DNA of 42,760 bases. It comes from an uncultured Lentisphaerota bacterium (lineage in GTDB: Bacteria; Verrucomicrobiota; Lentisphaeria; Oligosphaerales; CAJXKU01). The DNA is taken from positions 1 to 42,760 of the forward strand of contig CAJXKU010000001.1 of assembly GCA_913055945.1 (NCBI GenBank). The letters run 5' to 3'. The first letter of the stretch is position 1; the number at the start of each line of letters is the position of its first letter. The translations under genes and the position numbers were made by a program. The notes under the pieces were generated by a model. That model worked only from the letters and a program-made list of their open reading frames with translations. It did not search any database and was not told the origin of the DNA. Shown here in pieces: positions 17,690 to 26,937 of the stretch.

Positions 17690-18683
17690 GCGTTTCCCGA
17701 AACTTGTAAAATTTCTGCAGAATGCCAAAGCGAAACGACGCGTTGCGCATGCTTACTTGATCACAGGAGACCAGGAGGAGCTTCTACGGGATTTTGCCCG
17801 GTCCTGGATTCAAGTGTGCGCGTGTGAGTCACCCGGCGAGCGCTATGATGCGTGCGGGAATTGTGAAAACTGTCGGAAACTGCAGAATCACACGTATCCC
17901 GAATTATTTGTCTTATGGCCGGAGTCCAAATTGCGCACAATCGGTGTGGATGATTCCCGCTGGCTCGAACAGCAGTTGGGTATGACCGGAACCGGCGCGC
18001 GCCTCAAAGTGGGCCTGATTACAGAGGCTGATTGCATGACCGAGCAGGCCCAGAATGCTTTCCTGAAAACCCTGGAAGAACCCCAGCCCGGCAATATGCT
18101 GGTGTTGACGACTACGCGACAGCGACGGTTGCTGCCTACCATTCGATCAAGGTGTCAGACAATCTCCATCCGCGAAAATTCGCGGGACTACGGAGATCTT
18201 GTCGATGCGGGTCTTTTTGATATCCTCGCGCAGATCGAGCCGGAATCCGGCGCTCTGCGTGCGTTGACCGCGGCCTCACAACTTGTTGAGCTGTTCGGGC
18301 AGTTGCGGCAACAGGCCGAGGAGGCACACAGCGGCGACGAAGATGAGCGTTGGGAGCATGTCGCTGAAGGTGATAAGAATCTGCAGAAAAAAATCGAAGA
18401 TCAACGCAATGCACAGATAGAAGCTGAATACAGACGGCTCCGAGAGCGCTTTCTGGACGCAATCCAGACGTGGTATCTGCAGCAGGCGTTATTAAGCAGA
18501 GGCGTAAACAGAGAGGCCATACCCCATCAGGAAATGCTGCCCTATATCTTCCCGTGTTCTCCAGAGGCGGCTGATCGAAATGTTCGACTCGTGGATGATC
18601 TGATCTATTACCTGTCCGGTAATACTGACGAACGTCTGGCGATCGAAGCGTTCTGTCTCTCTGTGTGTGAGAAAAGCGCCTAG
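17667..18683 (+). CDS. holB: DNA polymerase III delta-prime subunit
   Basis: HAYLITG, a zinc module CGNCENCRKL, QNAFLKTLEEP and the sensor SRCQ. The ATG at 17667 (MALNLYNERF) overlaps the tmk end by 23 nt, the classical tmk-holB arrangement. Confidence 0.8.
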   Translation: MALNLYNERFPKLVKFLQNAKAKRRVAHAYLITGDQEELLRDFARSWIQVCACESPGERYDACGNCENCRKLQNHTYPELFVLWPESKLRTIGVDDSRWLEQQLGMTGTGARLKVGLITEADCMTEQAQNAFLKTLEEPQPGNMLVLTTTRQRRLLPTIRSRCQTISIRENSRDYGDLVDAGLFDILAQIEPESGALRALTAASQLVELFGQLRQQAEEAHSGDEDERWEHVAEGDKNLQKKIEDQRNAQIEAEYRRLRERFLDAIQTWYLQQALLSRGVNREAIPHQEMLPYIFPCSPEAADRNVRLVDDLIYYLSGNTDERLAIEAFCLSVCEKSA

Positions 18684-18820
18684 TGATCGAACGTGGCTGG
18701 CGTGCTCTCGCAATAGGCGGAGATGACAGCGGCCTTGTTCGGTTGATTCGTGCAGTTATCCTTCGTTTTTTATCGCCGCCCCTCAAGCATGCATCGCCAT
18801 TCTGTCAGAGAGGGAGATAT

Positions 18821-19921
18821 TCACCGGTCCGCCCCGCTTTTCTTCTTCGCGGAATGGGGATTTTTCCGGAAGCGGTAAAGATGCATGAGCCGGGTCAAAT
18901 AGCTCGGCACATCGGGAAACGGCTGACGCCAACAAGCAGCACGGAGCTGTTCTTTCGGCATCAATAACTGTTCAAGCAGTACCGATGTCGGCTGGGACGC
19001 GAGACCGGTCCCCTTTAGCGGTAATTCTTTGAGAAGATCAACCGCCCGCTGCGCTTCTTTCTGCTTCGCCAACCGGACGGCGCGGATCAATACGGCGCTT
19101 GCGTTAGCCTCTGTGGGGGGCGAATGTTCTGTTTTGTGCTCTAGGCCGATGTCCAGGCCATACTGCTGCATCGCAAGCGGACAACGCCCTGTAATAGAGA
19201 TTATCTCCCTTTGCAGTCGGCCTGATGTAAAGTCCTTGGCGTTCTCTGGAAGCGCATCGGCCGTCACTTGGGCCAGTATCGTCTCAGCAATTGGCTTTCC
19301 CCGCATGGAGTTGAGGTCGAACTCGTACAGCAGTTGTCGTAAGGCCCACTTCTTTTCCTTTGTACGACGTTTCGAAATCCTGCCGTCCTGCTGTTCAAGC
19401 CAGTCTTCATAAAATGTAAAACCCGTCAGCGGTTCACTGGTTCGCCGAAGGTTCTGCAACGCTTGGCGAGCCTTCTCTGCCTCCGGATACGGTTGGTGCT
19501 GCATGTAATCCCGGAGAGCGGACAACGCGTTCAGGATATTGTCAACCCGTGCGGAGAACTCCGTATACGATGAGTTCATTGCAAATTGTTCGGCGAGCTT
19601 TTGGGCCGCCTCCAGGTCTCCGTTGGTTAACATGGTGTTAAGTTTCCGCACCCCTTGGCGTTTCTTTTCGTGCGTCCGGAGTCGGTCGACGAATTCTGCT
19701 TGCGGATATACCCCTTCCAGACGATCGATCTTTTTCAGAGTGTCCTGGGGAGGCCCCGAGGCGGCGGCTTCAATTGTACGTTTTAATACCTGAGTGTCCA
19801 GGTTGCTGTATTCATCCGCTGTGTCTTCAGAACCGCCGCAACCGGTTTGCAGCGCTGCGGCGGCTCCCAGCAGGGCGATGAAAATAACCGCCTGATGAAC
19901 TTGTCGTCGAATACTGTGCAA
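18821..19921 (-). CDS. Hypothetical lipoprotein (helical, TPR-like?)
   Basis: An in-frame TTG at 19921 gives M-HSIRRQVHQAVIFIALLGAAAALQTG-C, a textbook lipoprotein signal with a lipobox. The track ORF extends to an ATG at 20005, which would place about 50 aa before the lipobox. No family recognised. Confidence 0.5.
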   Translation of the reverse strand: MHSIRRQVHQAVIFIALLGAAAALQTGCGGSEDTADEYSNLDTQVLKRTIEAAASGPPQDTLKKIDRLEGVYPQAEFVDRLRTHEKKRQGVRKLNTMLTNGDLEAAQKLAEQFAMNSSYTEFSARVDNILNALSALRDYMQHQPYPEAEKARQALQNLRRTSEPLTGFTFYEDWLEQQDGRISKRRTKEKKWALRQLLYEFDLNSMRGKPIAETILAQVTADALPENAKDFTSGRLQREIISITGRCPLAMQQYGLDIGLEHKTEHSPPTEANASAVLIRAVRLAKQKEAQRAVDLLKELPLKGTGLASQPTSVLLEQLLMPKEQLRAACWRQPFPDVPSYLTRLMHLYRFRKNPHSAKKKSGADR

Positions 19922-20105
19922 AATAAGACCTCGCTTCGTTGTCGGGGAAACGTTCCGCAGATAAACGTGCGTGCAAAAACAATGTGCATGAATTACATTA
20001 TTCATATAAGAAGACGTCGTTTAGATGGAAGCGTGATTATTTGATAACATACTGCCCGTCACGACATCAGCCAGTTTACCGGAAGAGAAAGCCTCTGGTG
20101 AAGAG

Positions 20106-20867
20106 ATGTCCGGGGGCAATTACACGAAGGAGCATTCGCAATTGGACAGAAAAGACCGTTCAAGCACAGAACTAAGGCCGATCTCTTATCAGCTCGACTT
20201 CCAGATGCACCCGGCCGGTTCAGTGATGATCCGCTGGGGGCAGACAAGGGTTCTTTGTAGTGTTACCACTCTCAATCGAGTACCTAAGTGGATACTGGAG
20301 CAGAAACTGGAAGGCGGTTGGTTGACAGCCGAATATCGCATGATGCCTGGTGCTACAGCGGATCGCAGCCCCAGGGAATCCGGCGGGGGTGGCCCCGGGG
20401 GACGAAGTCAGGAAATTCAGCGTCTTATCGGCCGTAGCCTGAGAGCGGTGGTGGATCTTGAGAAGATTGGTCAGCGAACCGTCTGTGTGGATTGCGACGT
20501 CATTGACGCTGATGGCGGCACTCGTTGTGCAGCCATAACAGGAAGTTCGGTCGCATTATCCCTGGCATTCGAACGTATGTTCCAGGAAGGAGCGCTCTCC
20601 GCCTGGCCCATGAAAGATCACGTTGCTGCCGTGAGTGCGGGGGTCGTGGACGGGGAAATGCTGCTTGATCTTTGTTATGAGGAAGATGCAGGCGCGGATG
20701 TGGATATCAATATCGTCATGACCTCAAGTAATCGCTACGTGGAGGTACAGGGTACAGCAGAGGGGGAACCTTTTTCGCAGGAGCAGCTGGATGAGATGAC
20801 ATCAGCCGCCCGAGAAGCTATTCCCTCAATCTTTGAGGGACAATCTCAAGCACTTAGAAACAGGTGA
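20106..20867 (+). CDS. rph: Ribonuclease PH
   Basis: ELRPISYQLDF..HPAGSVMIRWGQTRVLCSVT ... GWLTAEYRMMPGAT ... GRSQEIQRLIGRSLRAVVDL ... DCDVIDADGGTRCAAITG. These are RNase PH hallmark blocks. Confidence 0.9.
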   Translation: MSGGNYTKEHSQLDRKDRSSTELRPISYQLDFQMHPAGSVMIRWGQTRVLCSVTTLNRVPKWILEQKLEGGWLTAEYRMMPGATADRSPRESGGGGPGGRSQEIQRLIGRSLRAVVDLEKIGQRTVCVDCDVIDADGGTRCAAITGSSVALSLAFERMFQEGALSAWPMKDHVAAVSAGVVDGEMLLDLCYEEDAGADVDINIVMTSSNRYVEVQGTAEGEPFSQEQLDEMTSAAREAIPSIFEGQSQALRNR

Positions 20868-20899
20868 TATTTATGGGCATTTGTATCGGAAAGCAGCGG

Positions 20900-21853
20900 A
20901 TGCGCGCGGTTCTGGTTCTGCTGTTTATAGGAGCTACGTTGTCTGTGCCGAGCGAAACGAAAGCGTTTCGACCGAGGGAATCATCGGTAAATATTTATTG
21001 CGGCACGATAGCGAAAATCTCTCGGGACACACAACCCAAAAAAATTGTTTCGCTGGAAGAAGCATTGCGGCAGGAAAAATTCGAGCCGGAAGGCTTGCTG
21101 GGGGGAGAGCTTGTCAACGAAAAACCGCCGCAAGAGGGCTATCAGTACGTGACCCTCACGGTCAAGCTTCATCCGGAGTCAAGTATCGGCCGGAACGACT
21201 ACAGCATACGGACAGGAGAAGGAACGTATGATTGCAAAGGGATGAAAACTTCGAAGGATACTTTTGATCCCCGATTGTGGCAGGTTTCAGCCGGCAAAAC
21301 CACTTTGAACAAGGCCGTAGAGCTACTTTACGAAATTCCCGAAGACTCGGAAGACGTGAAGCTTGTACTGAACTATGATGTACCGGCGGCTAAGGATACA
21401 ATCGAGCTGGCAGAGTCACGGGAGACTGCTCAAAAAGCAGCAGCCGAAGAAGCAGCAGCGGAAGAAGAAGTGAAACCCGCCGAAGAAGGAGAGGCTTCGG
21501 AAAAGACCGAAGCGAAGGATGAAAACGGCGGAGAGAAGCCTGAAGGATCGTCCGACAAAGAGGCCGCCGGGAAAGACGGAGACTCGCAAAAGGATAAAAC
21601 AGAAAAGAAGACTGGCGCGGAACCCTGGAAGCAGGACATGAATGGATATATGTCGGAAGAGGGGCAGGAGGAAGAATCCGGAGGAGAGGGAGACGCAGAG
21701 TCTGATATGGATGAAGAAGACGGATCGGCGGCGGAGGAGGATACACAGGATAACGAGAAGACATCAGAAGATGCCGAGCAGGAAGAAGCTGACAAAGAGC
21801 AGAAAGAGCAAGACGATCAGGGCGAGGATGGAGGGGGAGGCGCCTGGTATTGA
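20900..21853 (+). CDS. Secreted hypothetical protein with a ~170-aa polyacidic C-terminal tail
   Basis: Signal peptide MRAVLVLLFIGATLSVPSETKA, a ~150-aa beta-rich domain, then an E/D/K/G/A low-complexity tail ending GGGGAWY. The start could also be 20864 (GTG) or 20873. Confidence 0.5.
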   Translation: MRAVLVLLFIGATLSVPSETKAFRPRESSVNIYCGTIAKISRDTQPKKIVSLEEALRQEKFEPEGLLGGELVNEKPPQEGYQYVTLTVKLHPESSIGRNDYSIRTGEGTYDCKGMKTSKDTFDPRLWQVSAGKTTLNKAVELLYEIPEDSEDVKLVLNYDVPAAKDTIELAESRETAQKAAAEEAAAEEEVKPAEEGEASEKTEAKDENGGEKPEGSSDKEAAGKDGDSQKDKTEKKTGAEPWKQDMNGYMSEEGQEEESGGEGDAESDMDEEDGSAAEEDTQDNEKTSEDAEQEEADKEQKEQDDQGEDGGGGAWY

Positions 21854-21887
21854 AGAAAATTTCCCCTCCGCGGAAATGCTGACTTAC

Positions 21888-22709
21888 CTACGTACCACTG
21901 AGCGTTTCGTTCATGCTTCCTTCCCTGTAGCCGGAAAGATCAAGCGTGACGTATTGGAAACCGAGGTTTTTCACTTCGGTTACGATTTCACTCCTGACCT
22001 CAGTGGCCAGGCGCGGAATATCTTCGGCCAATACTTCGATCCGCGCAAGATTGCCGTGGTGGCGTACGCGGTACTGCCGGAAGTTTCGGGCGCGCAGAAC
22101 GTCTTCTGCTTTTTCCACCGCCTGAAGTTTTTCTGCCGTGATTTCCTCCCCGTAGGGGATGCGGCTGGCCAGGCACGCGAAGGTGGCTTTGTTCCAGGTA
22201 GGAAGCCCTTTGGATTGCGAAAGCTCCCGGATTTCTTCCTTATGCAGGTTGTTGTCGTATAGCGGCGAGATAACGCGATGTTCCCGGGCGGCTTTCCACC
22301 CCGGTCTGTAATCGGCTGCATCGTCCGCGGTGGTACCGTCGGCCACGTAGCTTATCCCTTCGGATTCCGCCAGTTTGCCGAGGCTGCTGAACAGTTCGGA
22401 TTTGCAATAGTAGCAACGATCATGGGGATTTTCGCGGAAGCCGGGAATCGCAAGCTCTGAAGTTTCCAGCAGACGATGCCGAATGCCATGTTCTTTCGCC
22501 AGAGCACAGGCCTCATCCCGTTCCCACTTCGGAAATGCCTCTGAGGCCGCGGTCACGGCCAAAGCATACTCTGCGAGTTCTTCGCTGGCAACCTTGGCCA
22601 GAAAAGAACTGTCAACGCCTCCCGAATAGGCTACGAGGATTGAGCCCAAATCCCGTAACTGCTCCCGCAATCGTTGCTCTTTTTCGTTCAATGTGCTTTG
22701 GTTGACCAT
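21888..22709 (-). CDS. larE: LarE-like ATP-dependent sulfur transferase (PP-loop ATP pyrophosphatase, TIGR00268-like)
   Basis: PP-loop VAYSGGVDSSFLA, DRCYYCK, DGTTADDAADYRPG, and FACLASRIPYGEEIT (the position of the sacrificial Cys in LarE). Also RVRHHGNLARIEV and YVTLDLSGYREGSMNE. The ATG at 22709 has AGGAG 7 nt upstream. Confidence 0.8.
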   Translation of the reverse strand: MVNQSTLNEKEQRLREQLRDLGSILVAYSGGVDSSFLAKVASEELAEYALAVTAASEAFPKWERDEACALAKEHGIRHRLLETSELAIPGFRENPHDRCYYCKSELFSSLGKLAESEGISYVADGTTADDAADYRPGWKAAREHRVISPLYDNNLHKEEIRELSQSKGLPTWNKATFACLASRIPYGEEITAEKLQAVEKAEDVLRARNFRQYRVRHHGNLARIEVLAEDIPRLATEVRSEIVTEVKNLGFQYVTLDLSGYREGSMNETLSGT

Positions 22710-23103
22710 GTCTTCTCCTGGTATGTTCATTTTTCCGATGGGAATATGAGTGTTTACTCTCACTTTGCAAGTTCTAATCAGAAGTACGCTTAAAGCAATC
22801 AGCGAAGAAAGCGAAAAGCTTTTCACAACGCCGCGGGTCAATACTTCCGTTCGTAGTATTCAACGGGTGTTTAGCGGGTTACAGGATGGAAGAATCAAAC
22901 CCGCTTTGTTGTTATATTATCGGAGAATTATGCTGTAGACTGTGTCGCAGCTGTTGAATTGGAACCGTAAAACTGATAAAGCGTGGGGGTATACTTTTAC
23001 GCATCTGCCGGGATCCGCATGGATTAAGCCTGTGAGAACTGACGTCTTTAAAGTATTTGCGAGAAGCCTATCTTTCCGTGCAGGATTATGGAGGACAAAG
23101 TTT

Positions 23104-26100
23104 GTGGAGCGGTTTATTGTTATCTGTCCGAACTGTCAGGGATACAGCTACTTCAGCCAAGTGTACAGCCAGAAGGCTGCCTGTGCTGCGTGCGGCACCC
23201 ACTTTATTGTATCTCCGCCTACCAGTCCGGTAAACCGGTTGTCTTCCGGCGGGTCCTTTATGCCGGCACAGGCGGATTCAGGCTACCAAAGCGAAGAAGA
23301 GACATTCCTGCTGCAACAGCTGGGCCGCGCAGAGCCCGGTGAACACTGGGAAACGGGTGCTGTCATCGACAACATGTACACAGTGGAACGATTTCTTTCA
23401 GATACACCCCGGGCCACTGTATACTGCGCAAGTCACCATTGCTGGGAAGTACCCGTGGTGATTAAACAATTCAAGCCTGCTGCCCTCCCTGAGCCGAGAC
23501 ACCGTGAAATGTTGTTGGATAAACTGGAAAAATGGCGTTCGATGGAGTTGTTTCCTTACGCGGTGACGTGTTATTACTACAGGGACCGCCAACCTTTGCC
23601 GCTGATATTCAGTGAATACGTAAGCGGCGGAAGTCTGGATAACTGGTGTCGCAGCGGGCAATTGTATGAGGGGAGTCAGTCGGAGGTACAGACCCGCCTG
23701 ATAGACTTTGCTTGTCAGCTGCTGCAACAACTCAAGTATATTCACAAAAAGGGCAAACTTCACCTGGATGTCAAGCCCTCCAATGTGTTGATCACACCCG
23801 CGCAAAGCGTAAAACTTACCGGTTTCGGAGCATCGGCTACATTCATTTTTTTCCGATGCGAACTGGAAGCGGTCCGGACGAGGATCGCAGCTCAGGCCCA
23901 CGCAGGGGGAGGTCAAAGGCCGGATCCCGCCGTCCCTGCTATCCGGGTCCCTGCCCACTTGGCCCCTGATCATCTGAGTACGAAAAAGCTTGTGCCCGCC
24001 ACCGATATTTATAATTGGGCCCTGACGGTTCTCGAGATGTTTACCGGCGCACCGACATGGATGACGGGCGGAAGTCCACTGGAAGCCCTGGAGGGCTGCT
24101 TTAACGGGGATACATCCTGCGCAGCTGAGATGCCCCGAAACCTGAAACGGATACTGGAAACATGCCTCTTGCAGGAGCCTGAATCCCGTCCGGCTGAAGT
24201 GAAGGATCTTACCGCCCCGATGGCGGATTTGTACCGTAGCATCAGTGGCCAGCGGTACAGCTTTGTGAAATATAAAGACCGCCGATACCGCGCAGACCGC
24301 CTGAACAACCGGGGTGCCTGCAAGCTGGATCTTGACCGGGTGCAGGAGGCGAGGCACCTGTTCGCCCGAGCACTCCACGCAGATGCTTCTCACGTAGAGG
24401 CAACTTACAACCTGGGGATGTTGCGCTGGCGCATGGGGGAATTGGATGATGAAGACTTTCTCTCACAGTTACAGCATCTGCCGGAGGCGCGGAAAAACAC
24501 CCCGGACGGAACTTGCCTTTTGGCTATGATTCAGGAAGAGCGCGGAGAGTGGCTGGTCGCAAGACGCCTGATTGAACGATTGCCGTCCACAATCTGCAAT
24601 CAACTGAGCATCTCTGCGAAACAGCTGGAAGAACGCCAGAACGATGCAATCGGCAGATTCAAACGGTACACCGCTGACGGCGATGCCGCCGTGCTTGCAA
24701 CAGCGTTAAACCCCAGCGGCCATTATTTGCTTGCCGGAACTATAGACGGGACGCTGCGGTATTGGGATACAGAAACAGGTGCCTCACGCGACTTACCGAA
24801 TTCTGCTGCCGAAGGGATACGGAGCGTTGTTTTTTCCGCTGACGCCCAGGCGGCTTTTGCAGGCACGGTGGGCGGAACGTTGCTTATCCGCGACCTGGGC
24901 AACGGACAAAACAGCTGTGATGTTCCGGCGCACGAGGGCGATATCAACCAGGTCGTGCTCACGCCCGGAGAAACATCCGCCTTTACGTGTGGGGAAGATG
25001 GTATGGTTCTTATGTGGAATCTGCACGACAACACTGTGTTCCGCACATTTCGCAGACATAGTGACCGGGCACGGTCGCTGGCCGTCAGCAGTGACGGTAA
25101 GTGGCTGCTGTCTGCCGGCGCCTGCGATGAGTTGTGGCTGCATGACAGTGAAAGCGGGGAAGTGGTTATTGAGCTGCCCGGCCATGAAGGGCAGATAAAT
25201 TCAGTTGCCTTGAGCCCCGACGGGCGCTGGGCAGTTTCTGCTTCCGATGATCGGACACTGCGGATGTGGTCTACGCGAACCGGTGAATGTGTACGTGAAT
25301 TTCACGGCCATGAACGGGGTGTCCAGAGTGTATGCGGAAATACAACCTTCCTTTGGTTGATCTCCGGAGGCTGGGATAAAACCGTAAAACTTTGGGAAGT
25401 GGCCACAGGCCGGTGCCTCCGCACCATACGGGATCATGATTCGTGGGTCAGTAGCGTGACCATGGACGCTGACGCCACATTGATGGCCTCCGGCGGAGGC
25501 GAAGGCAGCGTCTATCAACGGTATATTTCGCCCATCTGTCAGGAACATCGTTGGCAGAAGAAACCGCATATCGCCATCTGCAGGCCCGAGGCCGAAGAGT
25601 CGGATTCACAGGAAACCTGTGCGCTGGATATGTACGAGGACCTGTTACGGCGTGCCCGGCGGGCTTATCGGCATCGTCGGTATGCTAAGGCTCTTTCCCT
25701 GGCCCGGCAGGCGCGCAAATTACATACAGGCCAGAATGAACCTGAAATCATGAAGCTGTGGCGCGCCCTGACCCCTCACTGCATCCGCACGCGTCTGTTT
25801 AACAGTTGGTTACGATACAGGTCAGACGAGTCTATCGGCGTGGTGGGGGACGTGGACGTCAGTGCTGACGGGCAGACTGTTGTGTCCGCCGGGCACGATT
25901 ACACGGTGCGGGTTTGGGATACGGACAGCGGCACTGTTCTTCGCACACTCACGGGGCACAGCGATATCGTCAGTTGCGTCGCATTGGCTGAGAACGGCAA
26001 GAGAGCGTTCTCCGGCAGTTACGATCAGAATATCCGTGTGTGGAATGTGCGTGCCGGAACTTGTGAAGGATTGTTACAAGGTCATAGCGGTGCGGTGAGC

Positions 26101-26739
26101 AGCGTCGCTTTGACACCCCGCGCGCGCTATCTGTTGTCCGGAAGTTGGGATTACACGCTTCGCCTCTGGTATTTGGAAAGTGGCCGATGCGCCACGACCA
26201 TCACCACCCCGTCGGCGAAGATTACCAGTGTTGATGTCTGCTACTACCACGGGCTTTACGGGGTATCCGGTGCTTATGAACGAGTCGTAAGACTTTGGGA
26301 CCTTACGGAACGGCGCTGTATTCGTACATTCAAAGGCCATAACGGCTATGTATCTTCGGTAGCAATATCTGAGGACGGAAATTTTATCGTATCCGGAAGC
26401 TACGACAGGTCAATAAAGTTGTGGAATGCCGCCACAGGTAAATGTGTCCAAACCTTTGTGGGGCATACAAGCTTCGTGACTGACGTTCTTTTGACACCCG
26501 ATAAGTCATGGGTTATCTCTGCCGCCTATGATCGGACACTGCGAATCTGGGAGGTCAGAACGGGCCGTTGCGTCAAAGTCCTGGAAGGACACGAAGGATT
26601 CGTTTACTGCGTCGCTCACAGTACCAATGGGCGATGGATGATCTCCAGCGGTACGGACATGACTCTGTTATTCTGGGAACTGGATTGGAATCTGGCCAGC
26701 GTAGAAGAAGAAGTTTCCCGCAGACAACAGAGACGGTGA
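23104..26739 (+). CDS. Zinc-ribbon / Ser-Thr-kinase-like / TPR / double 7-bladed WD40 protein (probable pseudokinase or atypical kinase)
   Basis: The GTG at 23104 is 8 nt after GGAGGA and gives M-ERFIVICPNCQG (the track starts at GTG 22942). Zinc ribbon CPNC-x16-CAAC. The kinase-like domain has VVIK, HLDVKPSN and an APD(H)L segment, but GFG replaces DFG (nt 23821-23829) and there is no GxGxxG loop. TPR-like helices follow, then 7 + 7 WD40 repeats. Confidence 0.8.
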   Translation: MERFIVICPNCQGYSYFSQVYSQKAACAACGTHFIVSPPTSPVNRLSSGGSFMPAQADSGYQSEEETFLLQQLGRAEPGEHWETGAVIDNMYTVERFLSDTPRATVYCASHHCWEVPVVIKQFKPAALPEPRHREMLLDKLEKWRSMELFPYAVTCYYYRDRQPLPLIFSEYVSGGSLDNWCRSGQLYEGSQSEVQTRLIDFACQLLQQLKYIHKKGKLHLDVKPSNVLITPAQSVKLTGFGASATFIFFRCELEAVRTRIAAQAHAGGGQRPDPAVPAIRVPAHLAPDHLSTKKLVPATDIYNWALTVLEMFTGAPTWMTGGSPLEALEGCFNGDTSCAAEMPRNLKRILETCLLQEPESRPAEVKDLTAPMADLYRSISGQRYSFVKYKDRRYRADRLNNRGACKLDLDRVQEARHLFARALHADASHVEATYNLGMLRWRMGELDDEDFLSQLQHLPEARKNTPDGTCLLAMIQEERGEWLVARRLIERLPSTICNQLSISAKQLEERQNDAIGRFKRYTADGDAAVLATALNPSGHYLLAGTIDGTLRYWDTETGASRDLPNSAAEGIRSVVFSADAQAAFAGTVGGTLLIRDLGNGQNSCDVPAHEGDINQVVLTPGETSAFTCGEDGMVLMWNLHDNTVFRTFRRHSDRARSLAVSSDGKWLLSAGACDELWLHDSESGEVVIELPGHEGQINSVALSPDGRWAVSASDDRTLRMWSTRTGECVREFHGHERGVQSVCGNTTFLWLISGGWDKTVKLWEVATGRCLRTIRDHDSWVSSVTMDADATLMASGGGEGSVYQRYISPICQEHRWQKKPHIAICRPEAEESDSQETCALDMYEDLLRRARRAYRHRRYAKALSLARQARKLHTGQNEPEIMKLWRALTPHCIRTRLFNSWLRYRSDESIGVVGDVDVSADGQTVVSAGHDYTVRVWDTDSGTVLRTLTGHSDIVSCVALAENGKRAFSGSYDQNIRVWNVRAGTCEGLLQGHSGAVSSVALTPRARYLLSGSWDYTLRLWYLESGRCATTITTPSAKITSVDVCYYHGLYGVSGAYERVVRLWDLTERRCIRTFKGHNGYVSSVAISEDGNFIVSGSYDRSIKLWNAATGKCVQTFVGHTSFVTDVLLTPDKSWVISAAYDRTLRIWEVRTGRCVKVLEGHEGFVYCVAHSTNGRWMISSGTDMTLLFWELDWNLASVEEEVSRRQQRR
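24688..25527 (+). repeat. WD40 repeat array 1 (7 blades) within the kinase-like protein
   Basis: Seven ~40-aa units end in WD-like dipeptides: ..GTLRYWD, ..GTLLIRD, ..GMVLMWN, ..DELWLHD, ..RTLRMWS, ..KTVKLWE, ..GSVYQRY. Confidence 0.8.
25837..26679 (+). repeat. WD40 repeat array 2 (7 blades) within the kinase-like protein
   Basis: Seven units: ..YTVRVWD, ..QNIRVWN, ..YTLRLWY, ..RVVRLWD, ..RSIKLWN, ..RTLRIWE, ..MTLLFWE. Each is preceded by a GH/TP-type start. Confidence 0.85.
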
Positions 26740-26937
26740 AGACGCGGAGAATATATGGAAAAATCCGGTATTTGCTCCAAAGACAAGGCCCTCCAGAACT
26801 CACTTGATGTTGCACGCAACATAAGGTGAGCTCTGGCCCTCAACGCGCCCCGGAGAGTGACTTACCCAGGGGCACCTCCGCCGGCAGCTTTATCATTACC
26901 CTCCCCTCTCTTACCTGCTCCCCGGCGAAATCCGGCT

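Noticed and set aside
18136-18786. 216-aa minus-strand ORF
   Set aside because: It is antisense to holB, and its R/P-rich translation has no motifs.
22942-23103. Upstream 54 codons of the WD40-kinase ORF as drawn in the track (GTG 22942)
   Set aside because: No RBS precedes 22942 and the peptide has no features. GTG 23104 has a GGAGGA at ideal spacing and gives an N-terminus parallel to the other zinc-ribbon kinase. I kept 22942 only as an alternative start.
23398-24393. 331-aa minus-strand ORF
   Set aside because: It is antisense to the kinase-like domain of the WD40 protein and has no motifs. The sense frame carries kinase subdomain signatures.
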